Shown here: one piece after another, positions 7,615-16,992 of the stretch
Numbering within the stretch: position 1 is the stretch's first letter
Layout: the number at the start of each line of letters is the position of its first letter
IMG/VR virus record: IMGVR_UViG_3300030330_005348
Coordinates: 1-33,577 of that record
Direction: 5' to 3' (one strand)
Origin: a virus
Taxonomy: Duplodnaviria; Caudoviricetes
Length of the DNA: 33,577 bases
The notes under the pieces: generated by a model
Database searches by the model: none
What the model was told of the DNA's origin: nothing
Seen by the model: only the letters and a program-made list of their open reading frames with translations
Program-made: the position numbers and the translations under genes

Positions 7615-10287
7615 TTATGTCAAAGACATTTCCTTGTTCATTATATCGACGATAGCCTTTCCCATTTTTCTTTTGTCCAGTTCAACAGTAACATTGACAG
7701 CGTTGGCAGTTCCATTACCAGATGGTGTTCTCATTCCAGCAGCTATCGTTTCTAGGGCAGCAATTAATCTTTCTGGTATCTGAGAGCCTCCACCTAGCGA
7801 CTGCGCTATTGGACCACCCGGTTTGGCTGCGATCAACTGGTCTTGCCTGTTGATTGGTGTTACTTTTGTTTTGCCACCATCATTGCGAACTATAGCATCG
7901 TCAACGCCCGACGTTACATCAAATCCTCCGGCAGTCATTTTACCAATAGAGCCGATAGGTGTAGGCGCGGCGGCTTTTTCTCCCCCACCTAATCCTCGAA
8001 CTAAGGAGACGATACCTGCGATACCTGCTCCCAGTGTAACACCAGCAGCAATTGCTCCGAGTGGTGTTGTTAAAAAAGCACTTTTTGCAAGAGCGGCGGC
8101 AGCGAAACCTGCTGCGACGAGAAGCAATCCGCCAAAAAAGGCTTGTAATCCGGGGCTCAAGCCACTCAAGACACTATCTAGAAGCTGGAAAGCAGACACC
8201 GCTGTACCCACTATTTGTACCAAGTCCCCAATCCCCATACCCTTGAAGCCTTTGCCTGCTCCTTCTGCAGCACCTTCTGTATCACCTAAACTTTCACTCA
8301 AGGATTCTATCTTCCCACCAAGGTCCTTCACATTAGCCTTTCCCGCTTCACTGACCTCTTTTAGTTTGGTTCCGAAATCTTCCGTGCCCTCTTCAAGTTC
8401 TGGAAATTGTTGCTTGAATCCCTCCAAGAAATCTTCCGAGTCCAAAAAGTCTTCAATGTTTGTTTTCTGCGCCTGTAATCCTAGTATTTTTAACTGAGTG
8501 GTTATATTGGCAACGTTGGTTGCCATGCCAGTGGCTTCTACTTTGGCTTGGCGCATACCGCTAATAAATTTACCAATAGAAACCACAAACATACCAATCA
8601 CTGCTGGTCCGAAGGCACTTCCCATACCAGAAGCAACCGTGCTTATTACCTCGGCAACGGGTGCCAATATTTCAGAAAGGGGACCGAAGACACCCTGAAG
8701 GCTTGCTGCCAATTTCTCTAGCACTGGCGTTGCTTCTTTAACCATGTCTTCAATTGTTTTTGAATTTTCTTTTTGAACCTTGTCTAATTCTTCTTGACTT
8801 CTGATTTGACCATCCATAATCTGAGTTAGCATATCAATTTCCATACCAAAACTCTTTGCCATGAATTGCTTTTCTCGAAAATTCAATCCCCCTAGTGTTT
8901 TTCCTGCTTTAGCCAAGCCTTGTTGTAGAATTTCAACTTGAGCAAAGGGACCCTCGGATGCTGCCATAACAAGGTCATAGGTATCAACAAACGACCCACC
9001 AAGTGTTAGGTTAAAAGCTGCGACCTTACCGGCTGCTTCATCAAATTCATCTAATCCATCACTTAACTGAAATAAGTTTCCACCTAGTTCTCCGACTGAT
9101 AAGCCAAGGTCTTTAGCAGCGGCAGCGGTTTTCATTAAAATATCTGGTGCTCTTGCTCCGAAAAGGGCTAGTCTTGGCTGCAGTGTTTCTAAGGCAGAAG
9201 CTAATTGTTGTGGGGGGATGCCTAAATTAGCACCCTGTTCTATCATAGTTCTAAAGGTTTCGTTGGCTTGCTCGCCTGTCATTCCCAAGCTTGAAACCAA
9301 AAAGCTAAAATTATCTGCTGTTGTGGAGGCGTCCACTCCGAGCTTTGATAACGCACCAGCAGTTTTTGTCATTTCATTTTGGAGAGATATATTCCTCTCT
9401 CCTGTCTCAGTAACCAATTCGGTGAATTTTGGAAAATCAGCTAACAAAGCGGCTTGGGCGCTGCCTGCTACCTCGAACCCTAAACCAAGCTCTCTCAAAT
9501 CGTTTGAAACAGTGGCAAGCTGATATGAGTATTCTCTTGAAGCTCCTGTTGCTGCTGTCACATTGGCAGCAACACTGTCAAATGCGATTCCCAATTCAAT
9601 AAGATTAGAGGTAACAAACCCCAGCATGTTACCAAGAGAAAATACTTCGCCAATTTGAGCGCTCACGCCCTCCATCATTCCGGCAAAACCTTTTCCAGCA
9701 TCTCCGGTTTGGAAGGCTTTAAAGAAGTCATTCATGGCAGGATTTGGCTTCATACCGACAAGTGAACCAATGCTGTTCACAAGATTTGCTCCCGCAGTAG
9801 CCCCAGCTTGCCTTGCGGCAGCGGTTCTCTCTTGGACATCCAACTCTTTTATTAATGCCTTTAGTCGCTTCTCTGCTTCTTGATTTTCTGTTCCTGCAGA
9901 ATTTACTATTTCCTGTTTAACTCTGAGGATTTCATCTGCCACAGCCTTTTGTGCTTCAGCATTCGCAAAGAGCATGCGCCCCTTTTCCACTTCCGTATCC
10001 AGCAACTCTTTATATTTTTGAGTGGTATTTACGAGATCGTCTGTGTTGGCAGTTAACTGTGTTGCCAGATCCAACAATTCCCTAGAAGCGTCTGTCTGTT
10101 CTCCCAAAAGCATGGAAAGGCGTTGGGCGTCTGATACATCTTCGCCTCGCAAACGCTTAAGCCTGACCTGATATTGAACTTGCTTTTCCAAAGCCTTGTT
10201 CATATTTTTTATAATATCAAGCTGGTCTTGTTTTTGCTGTGTAACTTCCTTTTCTTCTTCGGGAGTATTGTTGTCGCCTTCAGCCAT
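7615..10287 (-). CDS. tail tape measure protein, 890 aa
   Basis: Ala/Gly/Leu-rich and helical, with hydrophobic stretches near the C-terminus and a VNVTVELDKRKMGKAI end. Canonical position after the tube and chaperone genes. Confidence 0.8.
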   Translation of the reverse strand: MAEGDNNTPEEEKEVTQQKQDQLDIIKNMNKALEKQVQYQVRLKRLRGEDVSDAQRLSMLLGEQTDASRELLDLATQLTANTDDLVNTTQKYKELLDTEVEKGRMLFANAEAQKAVADEILRVKQEIVNSAGTENQEAEKRLKALIKELDVQERTAAARQAGATAGANLVNSIGSLVGMKPNPAMNDFFKAFQTGDAGKGFAGMMEGVSAQIGEVFSLGNMLGFVTSNLIELGIAFDSVAANVTAATGASREYSYQLATVSNDLRELGLGFEVAGSAQAALLADFPKFTELVTETGERNISLQNEMTKTAGALSKLGVDASTTADNFSFLVSSLGMTGEQANETFRTMIEQGANLGIPPQQLASALETLQPRLALFGARAPDILMKTAAAAKDLGLSVGELGGNLFQLSDGLDEFDEAAGKVAAFNLTLGGSFVDTYDLVMAASEGPFAQVEILQQGLAKAGKTLGGLNFREKQFMAKSFGMEIDMLTQIMDGQIRSQEELDKVQKENSKTIEDMVKEATPVLEKLAASLQGVFGPLSEILAPVAEVISTVASGMGSAFGPAVIGMFVVSIGKFISGMRQAKVEATGMATNVANITTQLKILGLQAQKTNIEDFLDSEDFLEGFKQQFPELEEGTEDFGTKLKEVSEAGKANVKDLGGKIESLSESLGDTEGAAEGAGKGFKGMGIGDLVQIVGTAVSAFQLLDSVLSGLSPGLQAFFGGLLLVAAGFAAAALAKSAFLTTPLGAIAAGVTLGAGIAGIVSLVRGLGGGEKAAAPTPIGSIGKMTAGGFDVTSGVDDAIVRNDGGKTKVTPINRQDQLIAAKPGGPIAQSLGGGSQIPERLIAALETIAAGMRTPSGNGTANAVNVTVELDKRKMGKAIVDIMNKEMSLT

Positions 10288-10299
10288 TTAAAAGGTTTC

Positions 10300-10629
10300 C
10301 TATTTGAAAGGCCACTTTATCTTTGTCGCTTTTTCAAAAGCAGCAATAGCCTTCTCTAATTTATGCCTGTTGTTTAGAGTTTTTGGGTCAGTTAAACCGT
10401 ATTTTTCAAAGTCTTTAAGGTATCTCTTCTCATTGCCCAAGGCACGGGCAAAGAGACCTAATTGTTGTTTTGTTCCCCTAATTTTTGTTACAGGGGAAAA
10501 GCCACCAAACATTGATTTTAAAATATATTCTACTTGTGCTCCGAGTGCTCTTAAATAACCCTCGTCAACTGTTTCTGGATTTAAATCAATCTCAATGGGT
10601 GCAAATTCTTCTGCTTTATTGTTTTCCAT
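10300..10629 (-). CDS. hypothetical protein, 109 aa
   Basis: ATG with strong SD GGAGGAG and an upstream ACTATTTA motif. Confidence 0.8.
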   Translation of the reverse strand: MENNKAEEFAPIEIDLNPETVDEGYLRALGAQVEYILKSMFGGFSPVTKIRGTKQQLGLFARALGNEKRYLKDFEKYGLTDPKTLNNRHKLEKAIAAFEKATKIKWPFK

Positions 10630-10646
10630 AACGCACTCCTCCGATA

Positions 10647-10654
10647 TAAATAGT
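10647..10654 (-). promoter_or_regulatory. putative late promoter motif ACTATTTA
   Basis: Intergenic, 17 nt upstream of the ATG at 10629. The motif recurs in other structural-gene gaps. Confidence 0.6.
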
Positions 10655-10661
10655 TATTAAT

Positions 10662-10701
10662 AATAAAAAAAAAGATCAAAATAAGCCGTTAGTTATGGCT
10701 A
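10662..10701 (-). terminator. possible weak intrinsic terminator
   Basis: AGCC...GGCT short stem at the stop of the gp51-like ORF, followed by TATTTTGATCTTTTTTTTT. The stem is short. Confidence 0.3.
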
Positions 10702-10887
10702 TCTTGATCTCTTTCTAGCTTTCTCTGCTTCTTCGTTTTCTTTATCAAATTGCTTTTGTAGTCTTCTTAGAAACCATCGACGAATTTGAATTGGTAAGTT
10801 ATATGACTCTAGAATGCTCCATCCGCCGTGATACTTAAGTAGGAACATCTCCTCATAGACACCTTCAATGTAATCATTGCTTAGGCC
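10699..10887 (-). CDS. gp51-like tail/baseplate assembly chaperone segment, probably expressed as a +1 frameshift extension of the upstream gene
   Basis: GLSNDYIEGVYEEMFLLKYHGGWSILESYNLPIQIRRWFLRRL resembles small gp51-like chaperones. It lies in the +1 frame, overlaps the end of 11746-10874, and has no convincing start of its own before the conserved-looking part. Confidence 0.65.
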   Translation of the reverse strand, partial: GLSNDYIEGVYEEMFLLKYHGGWSILESYNLPIQIRRWFLRRLQKQFDKENEEAEKARKRSR

Positions 10888-11746
10888 AAAAAAAGTCAGT
10901 GGTAAACGGTACCTCCAAAGCTTGTTCAAATCCACAACTGGAGCATTCATAATGTTGCACAAGCTCAACATTAGGCATGATATTTTTATAAGTTGTTCTC
11001 AAAAACTTTGAATCCAACGCTGGCATGTTATCAACGAATTCACTAACTGTCACAGGATTCCCATTGTGTGTGACACTAAGAACATAGCCCTTGATCTGGT
11101 CTGTCAAGCCTAGCGGGGGGAGACGATGTTTTTTTCTTACTTCGCTTTGGGAAACAATCTTTTTCTCATCTGCGCCGGTCTGCGGTTTAACTTCTACCAC
11201 CGCGCCAGTTCTGGGTAGGGTGATAAGAAAAGTTCCGTTTTCTGTCTGTTCGGCGTCGTAGGATGCGAGGTCCGGATTGTTGATTACTTTGGCTTCTTCT
11301 AGATCGAATTCGTTATCGGACGTACTTCCGCAAGATGGGCAAGCTACTTTAGTGATGTATTCTGATCCATATCCTGTTACTCTAGTTGCTACGACGAGAG
11401 CGTTCTTGTCGCCGATGAGCAGATCATCTGTCTTGATTGCCTTGTTGACAATAACGTTTTCAAGAAGCTTATCAATAGCAATTCCTTTCTTAAGATAAGA
11501 TTGGTTGACAAGGATATCTTCATCTTTTGCCGTCATGTGCCTTATTTCAATAGACTCTTGTCCATGGAGGGGGTGCCCCTGTGGATAAAATTTTCCCTTA
11601 GACGGCAGTTCGACCAACTCTGTTGGGGCGACGTATGACATCGTTGGAGATGCTTCTTCTTGTTGTTGATAAACTTCTGGTGGGGGTGTGTCTGTATCGG
11701 GGGAGAGTGGTCCCCCGAAACGATCTTGATTATTTCTAGAACTCAT
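10874..11746 (-). CDS. baseplate hub assembly / tail assembly chaperone (T4 gp26-like), 290 aa
   Basis: VELPSKGKFYP, IRHMTAKDEDIL, LLIGDKNAL, two CxxC pairs (CPSC, CSSC) and an FFWP end. Lies between tube and tape measure; SD GAGGT. Confidence 0.75.
   Translation of the reverse strand: MSSRNNQDRFGGPLSPDTDTPPPEVYQQQEEASPTMSYVAPTELVELPSKGKFYPQGHPLHGQESIEIRHMTAKDEDILVNQSYLKKGIAIDKLLENVIVNKAIKTDDLLIGDKNALVVATRVTGYGSEYITKVACPSCGSTSDNEFDLEEAKVINNPDLASYDAEQTENGTFLITLPRTGAVVEVKPQTGADEKKIVSQSEVRKKHRLPPLGLTDQIKGYVLSVTHNGNPVTVSEFVDNMPALDSKFLRTTYKNIMPNVELVQHYECSSCGFEQALEVPFTTDFFWPKQ
10885..10897 (-). other. candidate +1 programmed frameshift site GAC UUU UUU UGG
   Basis: Run of 7 U (10894-10888) four codons before the stop. 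A +1 slip from UUU to UUU enters the gp51-like frame. Confidence 0.6.
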
Positions 11747-11824
11747 TTATACCTCATTAGTACTATTTGGTATAATAACTATAAACTAGTTTGAAAAATA
11801 TGTTAAATATTTTTATTTATTATC

Positions 11825-12436
11825 CTAGTTTCCTAGTTGAATCTTAGCTAAGTTATCTCTTGTTTTCTTGGTCGCCCGATTGCTTGTCTGGCCCTCAGCT
11901 TTGGATGCCATGATCTCGTAGGTCGCGTAATCATACTTTAAAGCAATGTCAATTGACATCAGATCATCAGACGTATAGTCATAATCTCCAAGGTTTGCTG
12001 ACAAGATCCATGCGTTATGAAGCGTCCATTTATCAATTTCACCCCCATCTTGATCAAGAGCGGTTAAAACACACTTAATGGTTGAGTTAGCTTTGGAGAT
12101 CGTTCCTTGGGAGGTGGCGGAATCTGATTGTTTTGGCAAAACATATCCTGACGCAGCCAGCATTCCCATGAGGACACCAGTCGAGTCAGGCACAACTGCG
12201 TCCACAACGGTAAAGGAAACGTCATTCCAAGTTAATCTACCCGGAAAGTAAAAAGTGTGGTTTAGGTATGAATGCGTGGTTTCTGATATGCTAAAACTAG
12301 GTCTAGTTACCTTTTGAACAACCCACTTTTCAAAACTAGGCAGGTTAGCTCCTCCTGCGTAACCAACATCCAAAATATATCTATACTTTCTTTTTGCAAT
12401 CGCATTCGAGTTTGCCCAAAAATTTCCATTTGCCAT
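11825..12436 (-). CDS. tail tube protein (T4 gp19-like), 203 aa
   Basis: KVTRPSFSISET...FYFPGRLTWNDVSFTVVD...KWTLHNAWI...GDYDYTSDDLMSIDIALKYDYA. Directly follows the sheath; SD AGGAG. Confidence 0.85.
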   Translation of the reverse strand: MANGNFWANSNAIAKRKYRYILDVGYAGGANLPSFEKWVVQKVTRPSFSISETTHSYLNHTFYFPGRLTWNDVSFTVVDAVVPDSTGVLMGMLAASGYVLPKQSDSATSQGTISKANSTIKCVLTALDQDGGEIDKWTLHNAWILSANLGDYDYTSDDLMSIDIALKYDYATYEIMASKAEGQTSNRATKKTRDNLAKIQLGN

Positions 12437-12477
12437 TTATTTTAATCTCCTGTTCCCATTTAAAGTGTCACCTACAG

Positions 12478-12485
12478 TAAATAGT
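12478..12485 (-). promoter_or_regulatory. putative late promoter motif ACTATTTA
   Basis: Intergenic, 41 nt upstream of the tube ATG. Confidence 0.6.
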
Positions 12486-12498
12486 TCCCTAGTTTATT

Positions 12499-15486
12499 TT
12501 AGTCCTCAAAACCAGCGCCAGAGTTCGTGATTACAAAATCAATTGCGAAGAACTCAACAGCCTTAGTTGGTTTCAAGAAGATCTTAGCATAGATTGTGTT
12601 TCTATCAACAAGATCTGGTGTTGTTGTTGTGTCATCAAGAATAACCTTGAAGGCGTCTATACCAAATTGGTTTTGAATATTAGCCAAGAATGGGTTGACT
12701 TGCGATGTAAAGTTGTTCCAAGTTGCCTGAACGTTTGGTTCAAACAATAGCGATGAAGCAATTCTAGAAATTTCTTTCTTCACAAAGATCATCAATCTTC
12801 TTACGTTAATTCTATCCAATGCAGATGGTGTGACTTGGAGAGTTTTTTGCCCGAAGATCACAATTCCTTCGTTGGGGAAGGTTGCGATTGGATTGATGTT
12901 TACATCGTAAAGATCATCTCTGTTCTTGGATGTCAACTTGTTTCTAACCATTGTCACTGGAATACCTGCTGCTCCCTCGGACAAACCTCCTCGATTAAAC
13001 CCTGCTGGTGCGAACCAAAGGGCGGATTGTCTCTCAGAGAAGGACAAGGCTCCGAAGGCTGCGACCGAAGGTGGTGCCCAAACGCCTCTACCAGAGATCG
13101 TGTCAGTAATTCTAACCCATGGATAGTATGTCGCTCCGTAGCTGGAATTTAAGTTACGTGTTGTCATGTTGTTCACAACATCTGCGACATGAGTTACGCT
13201 GATTCTATCTTTTTCTGTTTTATAGTTTTCTGATGCCGGAGTATATCCACCTCGTGGGTCAATGATCGCCAAAGTATCTCCACGACCTTCAGCAATTTCA
13301 ACCATTGAGGTTGTAAGACCCTCATTCACTATACCCGGAGCAACCAAGATATTTCCTTCAATGAACTCTGGATCCGCGTACAAATTGATTGCTTTCTTAA
13401 CCGAATAGTACATGGAGTAATTTATATCCGTTGCGCCTTCAGGCAATGCTCTTGTTTGGTTGAGAGGTTCTTTTTCTGTGATATCGAAACCATTGAATCC
13501 TCCATAAAGAGGTGATGTGAACCTATCATATCCAGCATCAAGAATAGCCTTGTAAGATCCGGTCATCGCTGTAATAGATGCCCCTCTGGCTCTGGAGCCG
13601 GAAGCATAGTATACATCACTAGTTGGGGTTGCTCTCTCAACATCATCAAGGGAGAAGTACCAAGAAACCTGACTTGTATTGGCTACTGCTGCGAAGCCGT
13701 CTGCCCCGCCTGCTCCTTTCGGTAATGGATACAAGACATCATAGTTGCTTGCATCAAATACAACAGAACCCGAAGTTCTGGAAAAGCTTGCTCCGAAGTA
13801 AGCCTCTGTTGGATCCGACAAACCGTCCGCACTAGCACTAATTCTCAATGGAACTGCTGGGAATTTAACACTACCAGTAAACTGACATTCATTCGTAGTT
13901 GCGGCGCTTAATTGAACCACATCAAAAGCTGCGGAGCCAGTTGTTGCTCCGAAACAAGGAGCCGAAGAAGCGGAGCCTGCGTTTAGGAATGGAGCAACGT
14001 CGGTAATGTCCAGACTTGACGATATGTGAACTTGACTAGTTTGAAGTGTAAAGTCCTTAAGTTTAGTTGGTCCATACACACCAAACGGAAGAAGTTCTGG
14101 ATTAGTTTGTGCTGAATCAACAGCGGCAGCCATCTCAACGCGAACAATCTTTGATACATTTGGATGAGAGCCATATTCTACAAGTCTTAAGTTTGTTGTG
14201 TCCCACTCAACATACATGTCACCAATTTGCTTGGCGATGTAATTTGGAGAGTTTGGATCTAACGAAAGATTTGTATAACGCTCAACATACTTTTTAGCGC
14301 CGTCGCTGTCTCTAATATCTCTAATGGCGAGAGTAAAAGAACCATATGGCAAGTTTGTATTTCTAGAGTAACGAACATCCTCAATAGAAATTTTGAAATT
14401 TCTTTGCTCCTCTTCACCAGTTGAAAGAGTGTGAAGTTTAAACAACTTAGTGACTGTATCTAAGTTCTCTGGGTTGTATGGGGGATTAAGGGTTGCGTTT
14501 TCTGCTTCGTCAGCAGAACCAGAAGTGTTTCTCAAGTCCTGAGAGAAGAACCATCCAGTTTGGGCTGGTACTGTGGCGTATTTAAACTTTCCACCGTCAG
14601 CCATAGTGGAGCCATTACCAATCTTCAAGATGCAGCCATATGCTTCGCGACTTCCAGAAAGTACTTCTCTGACGTGTCTTTCGTATGTTTGTCCCAAAAA
14701 GAATTTGGAGGTATTATCGTTGGCAGTATCTACCAACGCACTATTGGTTTTGGTTGGGTTTGTGTTAAACACTTTTCTAATAAAGTTTTGTGAACCCTCG
14801 CTAAAGTTGAAAACCGTTTCCTTGAGGACGTTTCCTTCCGATGCGTTGGCGCGGTTACCCGCTGCATCATAAAATCTAAGTTTAAAGTTCTTGTTGGTGT
14901 CAAGAGCGCAAACCATCACTGAAGATCCGGTTACCTTGGCTCCGCCGCCAAAGCCCGATGCTGTAGATCTAATAGAGCCTGAGAGTGTTGGTGCTCCTTC
15001 ACTAGAATAAAATATAGCCGCCAAAGCTCCGTTGACCACTTCTCTTGCTCCACTACCGGAATCAAAAAGGAAAAGACCGTATGCCCCTCCTCCAGCTGCG
15101 GAGAGAGTGTTTGTGGGAAGCTCCCAACCTGCTGTAGCGGTGGAGTCAGTGGTGTCTGCCTGTGGGTGTTGATCACCAAGGACACGAATAAATGTTAAAG
15201 GAGAGTTGTTCTTAAGCCATGCCTGCGCTGCGTATGCAGCGAATGTAGGAGCGGTTGGAATACCCGATCTCCAAATATCGCTCGCTTCTTGTCCTGCGAC
15301 GGGATTTCCAAACAGAGTAATAAACTCTGAAAATGATTGAACTTTTACTGGTCTATACGCTGGTCCTCTTCTGGAACGTCCAATTACGACGGGACCAATT
15401 GCTTCTGATTCTCTCGGCAGTTGAGAGTTATCGATTTCCTCAATAAAAACTCCGGGGGATACAAACTTGTAATCTCTTGCTGACAT
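12499..15486 (-). CDS. tail sheath protein (T4 gp18-like) with large insertions, 995 aa
   Basis: N-terminal FVSPGVFIEEID; C-terminal WFAPAGFNRG, INPIATFPNEGIVIFGQKTLQ, SALDRINVRRL, LFEPN and IFLKPTKAVEFFAIDF; SD AAGGAG. Confidence 0.95.
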   Translation of the reverse strand: MSARDYKFVSPGVFIEEIDNSQLPRESEAIGPVVIGRSRRGPAYRPVKVQSFSEFITLFGNPVAGQEASDIWRSGIPTAPTFAAYAAQAWLKNNSPLTFIRVLGDQHPQADTTDSTATAGWELPTNTLSAAGGGAYGLFLFDSGSGAREVVNGALAAIFYSSEGAPTLSGSIRSTASGFGGGAKVTGSSVMVCALDTNKNFKLRFYDAAGNRANASEGNVLKETVFNFSEGSQNFIRKVFNTNPTKTNSALVDTANDNTSKFFLGQTYERHVREVLSGSREAYGCILKIGNGSTMADGGKFKYATVPAQTGWFFSQDLRNTSGSADEAENATLNPPYNPENLDTVTKLFKLHTLSTGEEEQRNFKISIEDVRYSRNTNLPYGSFTLAIRDIRDSDGAKKYVERYTNLSLDPNSPNYIAKQIGDMYVEWDTTNLRLVEYGSHPNVSKIVRVEMAAAVDSAQTNPELLPFGVYGPTKLKDFTLQTSQVHISSSLDITDVAPFLNAGSASSAPCFGATTGSAAFDVVQLSAATTNECQFTGSVKFPAVPLRISASADGLSDPTEAYFGASFSRTSGSVVFDASNYDVLYPLPKGAGGADGFAAVANTSQVSWYFSLDDVERATPTSDVYYASGSRARGASITAMTGSYKAILDAGYDRFTSPLYGGFNGFDITEKEPLNQTRALPEGATDINYSMYYSVKKAINLYADPEFIEGNILVAPGIVNEGLTTSMVEIAEGRGDTLAIIDPRGGYTPASENYKTEKDRISVTHVADVVNNMTTRNLNSSYGATYYPWVRITDTISGRGVWAPPSVAAFGALSFSERQSALWFAPAGFNRGGLSEGAAGIPVTMVRNKLTSKNRDDLYDVNINPIATFPNEGIVIFGQKTLQVTPSALDRINVRRLMIFVKKEISRIASSLLFEPNVQATWNNFTSQVNPFLANIQNQFGIDAFKVILDDTTTTPDLVDRNTIYAKIFLKPTKAVEFFAIDFVITNSGAGFED

Positions 15487-15540
15487 TATCGATTTCTCCT
15501 TTAAATCGTCTTATGAAATACGACGGTATTATTTCTTTAA

Positions 15541-15548
15541 TAAATAGT
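15541..15548 (-). promoter_or_regulatory. putative late promoter motif ACTATTTA
   Basis: Intergenic, 54 nt upstream of the sheath ATG, followed by a small leader hairpin (15525-15507). Confidence 0.6.
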
Positions 15549-15572
15549 GCTTGGTTTTATGAAAGTCCAAAA

Positions 15573-16487
15573 TTATTCTCTATACTTGCCATCCACTCCA
15601 AAGTTTTTCTTATCATCTTCTGGTGGTCCGCCTGTAACTATTTGATCGTCCCACACTGTGTGCTCTCGACCGATTCTTACCTGCACTGCGTTTTCTCTAA
15701 TTGAAAACTTTGGCGTTTTTTGATTGTCGCCTTCGCCGACCAAATATGCCAACACCTCTATTTGAACTGTTGTTTCGTATTTTCTTTCCTCGTTTTCCAT
15801 AGAGTCTAAGTTGTTTTGACTTGTAAAGTTGGAAGAGACAAAAGCCTCATAGCGATGACCATCTCGGTGAACCACAAAACTGTTTATGAAACCCGGTCTC
15901 GTGATGAATGGCTGTAGCAAATCATTCATTTGTTGTTGATATTCTGTTCTTATTTTTATGTCATAGTTTACTGAAACATGGACGAGGGCGGGAATAGATA
16001 TTGTTTCATAGACAACTTTTTCCGTAGCTTTTCTGACAAAATTAGGAGCCGCTGTGTCGTTGTATCTGCGTTTAGCATCCGCATTAGCAAAGTTAGATGT
16101 TTTATCCTGCTTTATCCTTCTAGAAATAACCACTGATCCGCCTTTTTCAGGTTGAGTGGATATTGGAAACATGCCACCATAGTAGGCTCCCTTCCTTGTC
16201 GGGCTCTTGTCTACATTCTTTCTCTCTATTGTTATTGCCGGGAGGATAATCAACCCTTCATTGTCCCTATATTCTTTGCTGTTTTTAATTTGAAAAGCTC
16301 TCTCGGCAGAAGCCCAAATAACAGGGACTTTTTTTCTGCCTTCATTTGTTAGCGTCTTAAGGTCTAGGGCATCATTTATGTAATCATAAATGGAATAGTC
16401 CACAGTCTCAAGCGTAGAGGGGGCAAAATTAAGATCTTGATCTAGCTTTACCTTATCGTCTTCTGGAATTCCTGTATAGTTTGACAT
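15573..16487 (-). CDS. tail completion / sheath stabiliser (T4 gp15-like), 304 aa
   Basis: KVPVIWASAERA, ILPAITIER, VSVNYDIKIRTEYQQQMNDLLQ and ERKYETTVQIEVLAYL. Lies between the neck genes and the sheath. Confidence 0.65.
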   Translation of the reverse strand: MSNYTGIPEDDKVKLDQDLNFAPSTLETVDYSIYDYINDALDLKTLTNEGRKKVPVIWASAERAFQIKNSKEYRDNEGLIILPAITIERKNVDKSPTRKGAYYGGMFPISTQPEKGGSVVISRRIKQDKTSNFANADAKRRYNDTAAPNFVRKATEKVVYETISIPALVHVSVNYDIKIRTEYQQQMNDLLQPFITRPGFINSFVVHRDGHRYEAFVSSNFTSQNNLDSMENEERKYETTVQIEVLAYLVGEGDNQKTPKFSIRENAVQVRIGREHTVWDDQIVTGGPPEDDKKNFGVDGKYRE

Positions 16488-16497
16488 AATTTAAGCC

Positions 16498-16986
16498 CTA
16501 GTATCCGTTAAAGTTTCCCTTTCTTGCTCTTTTACATGTTGCTGCAATTTCATATTTGTAATCAACCTGACCGAATAACTCTCTTGGTTCATTTAAAGTT
16601 ACAATTTCGTAATGAAATTTTCCATACAAAACGAAATCGCCCTCCCTAACAAAGAGGTTTTGATCTTCCGTAAGCCTTCTCTTGTGAAAATAAATATTAA
16701 TTGAAGATCTCTTGTCAACACCGAAAGAAGTATTTGTAGTCTGCTGACCTTCCCATCCAATTAGAGCGTATACTCTAACGGGTGGTAAGAAAGTCTTCTC
16801 TAGTGCTTCACCATATAGCTCATGAAAGTTAGTTTTATCAAGACTTATTGGATAATAAAGAACAGTTTGCCCTATTACTCTCTCAATGACTTCATCATTG
16901 ATTTGCTTAACTAAATTACGCTCTTTCTCCCCAGTAAACAAGGGAGGTGGAGGACTATCTGGTTGTGACCATTTGTTATCTGCCAT
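16498..16986 (-). CDS. neck / head-completion protein (T4 gp14-like), 162 aa
   Basis: GQTVLYYPI...HELYGEA...VREGDFVLYG...YEIV pattern, and synteny after the gp13-like gene. Confidence 0.65.
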   Translation of the reverse strand: MADNKWSQPDSPPPPLFTGEKERNLVKQINDEVIERVIGQTVLYYPISLDKTNFHELYGEALEKTFLPPVRVYALIGWEGQQTTNTSFGVDKRSSINIYFHKRRLTEDQNLFVREGDFVLYGKFHYEIVTLNEPRELFGQVDYKYEIAATCKRARKGNFNGY

Positions 16987-16992
16987 TTACAT

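Noticed and set aside
10898-10971. Track start of the 90-aa ORF (MLSLCNIM...)
   Set aside because: It lies deep inside the gp26-like gene with no SD. The protein-like portion begins after the U7 run.
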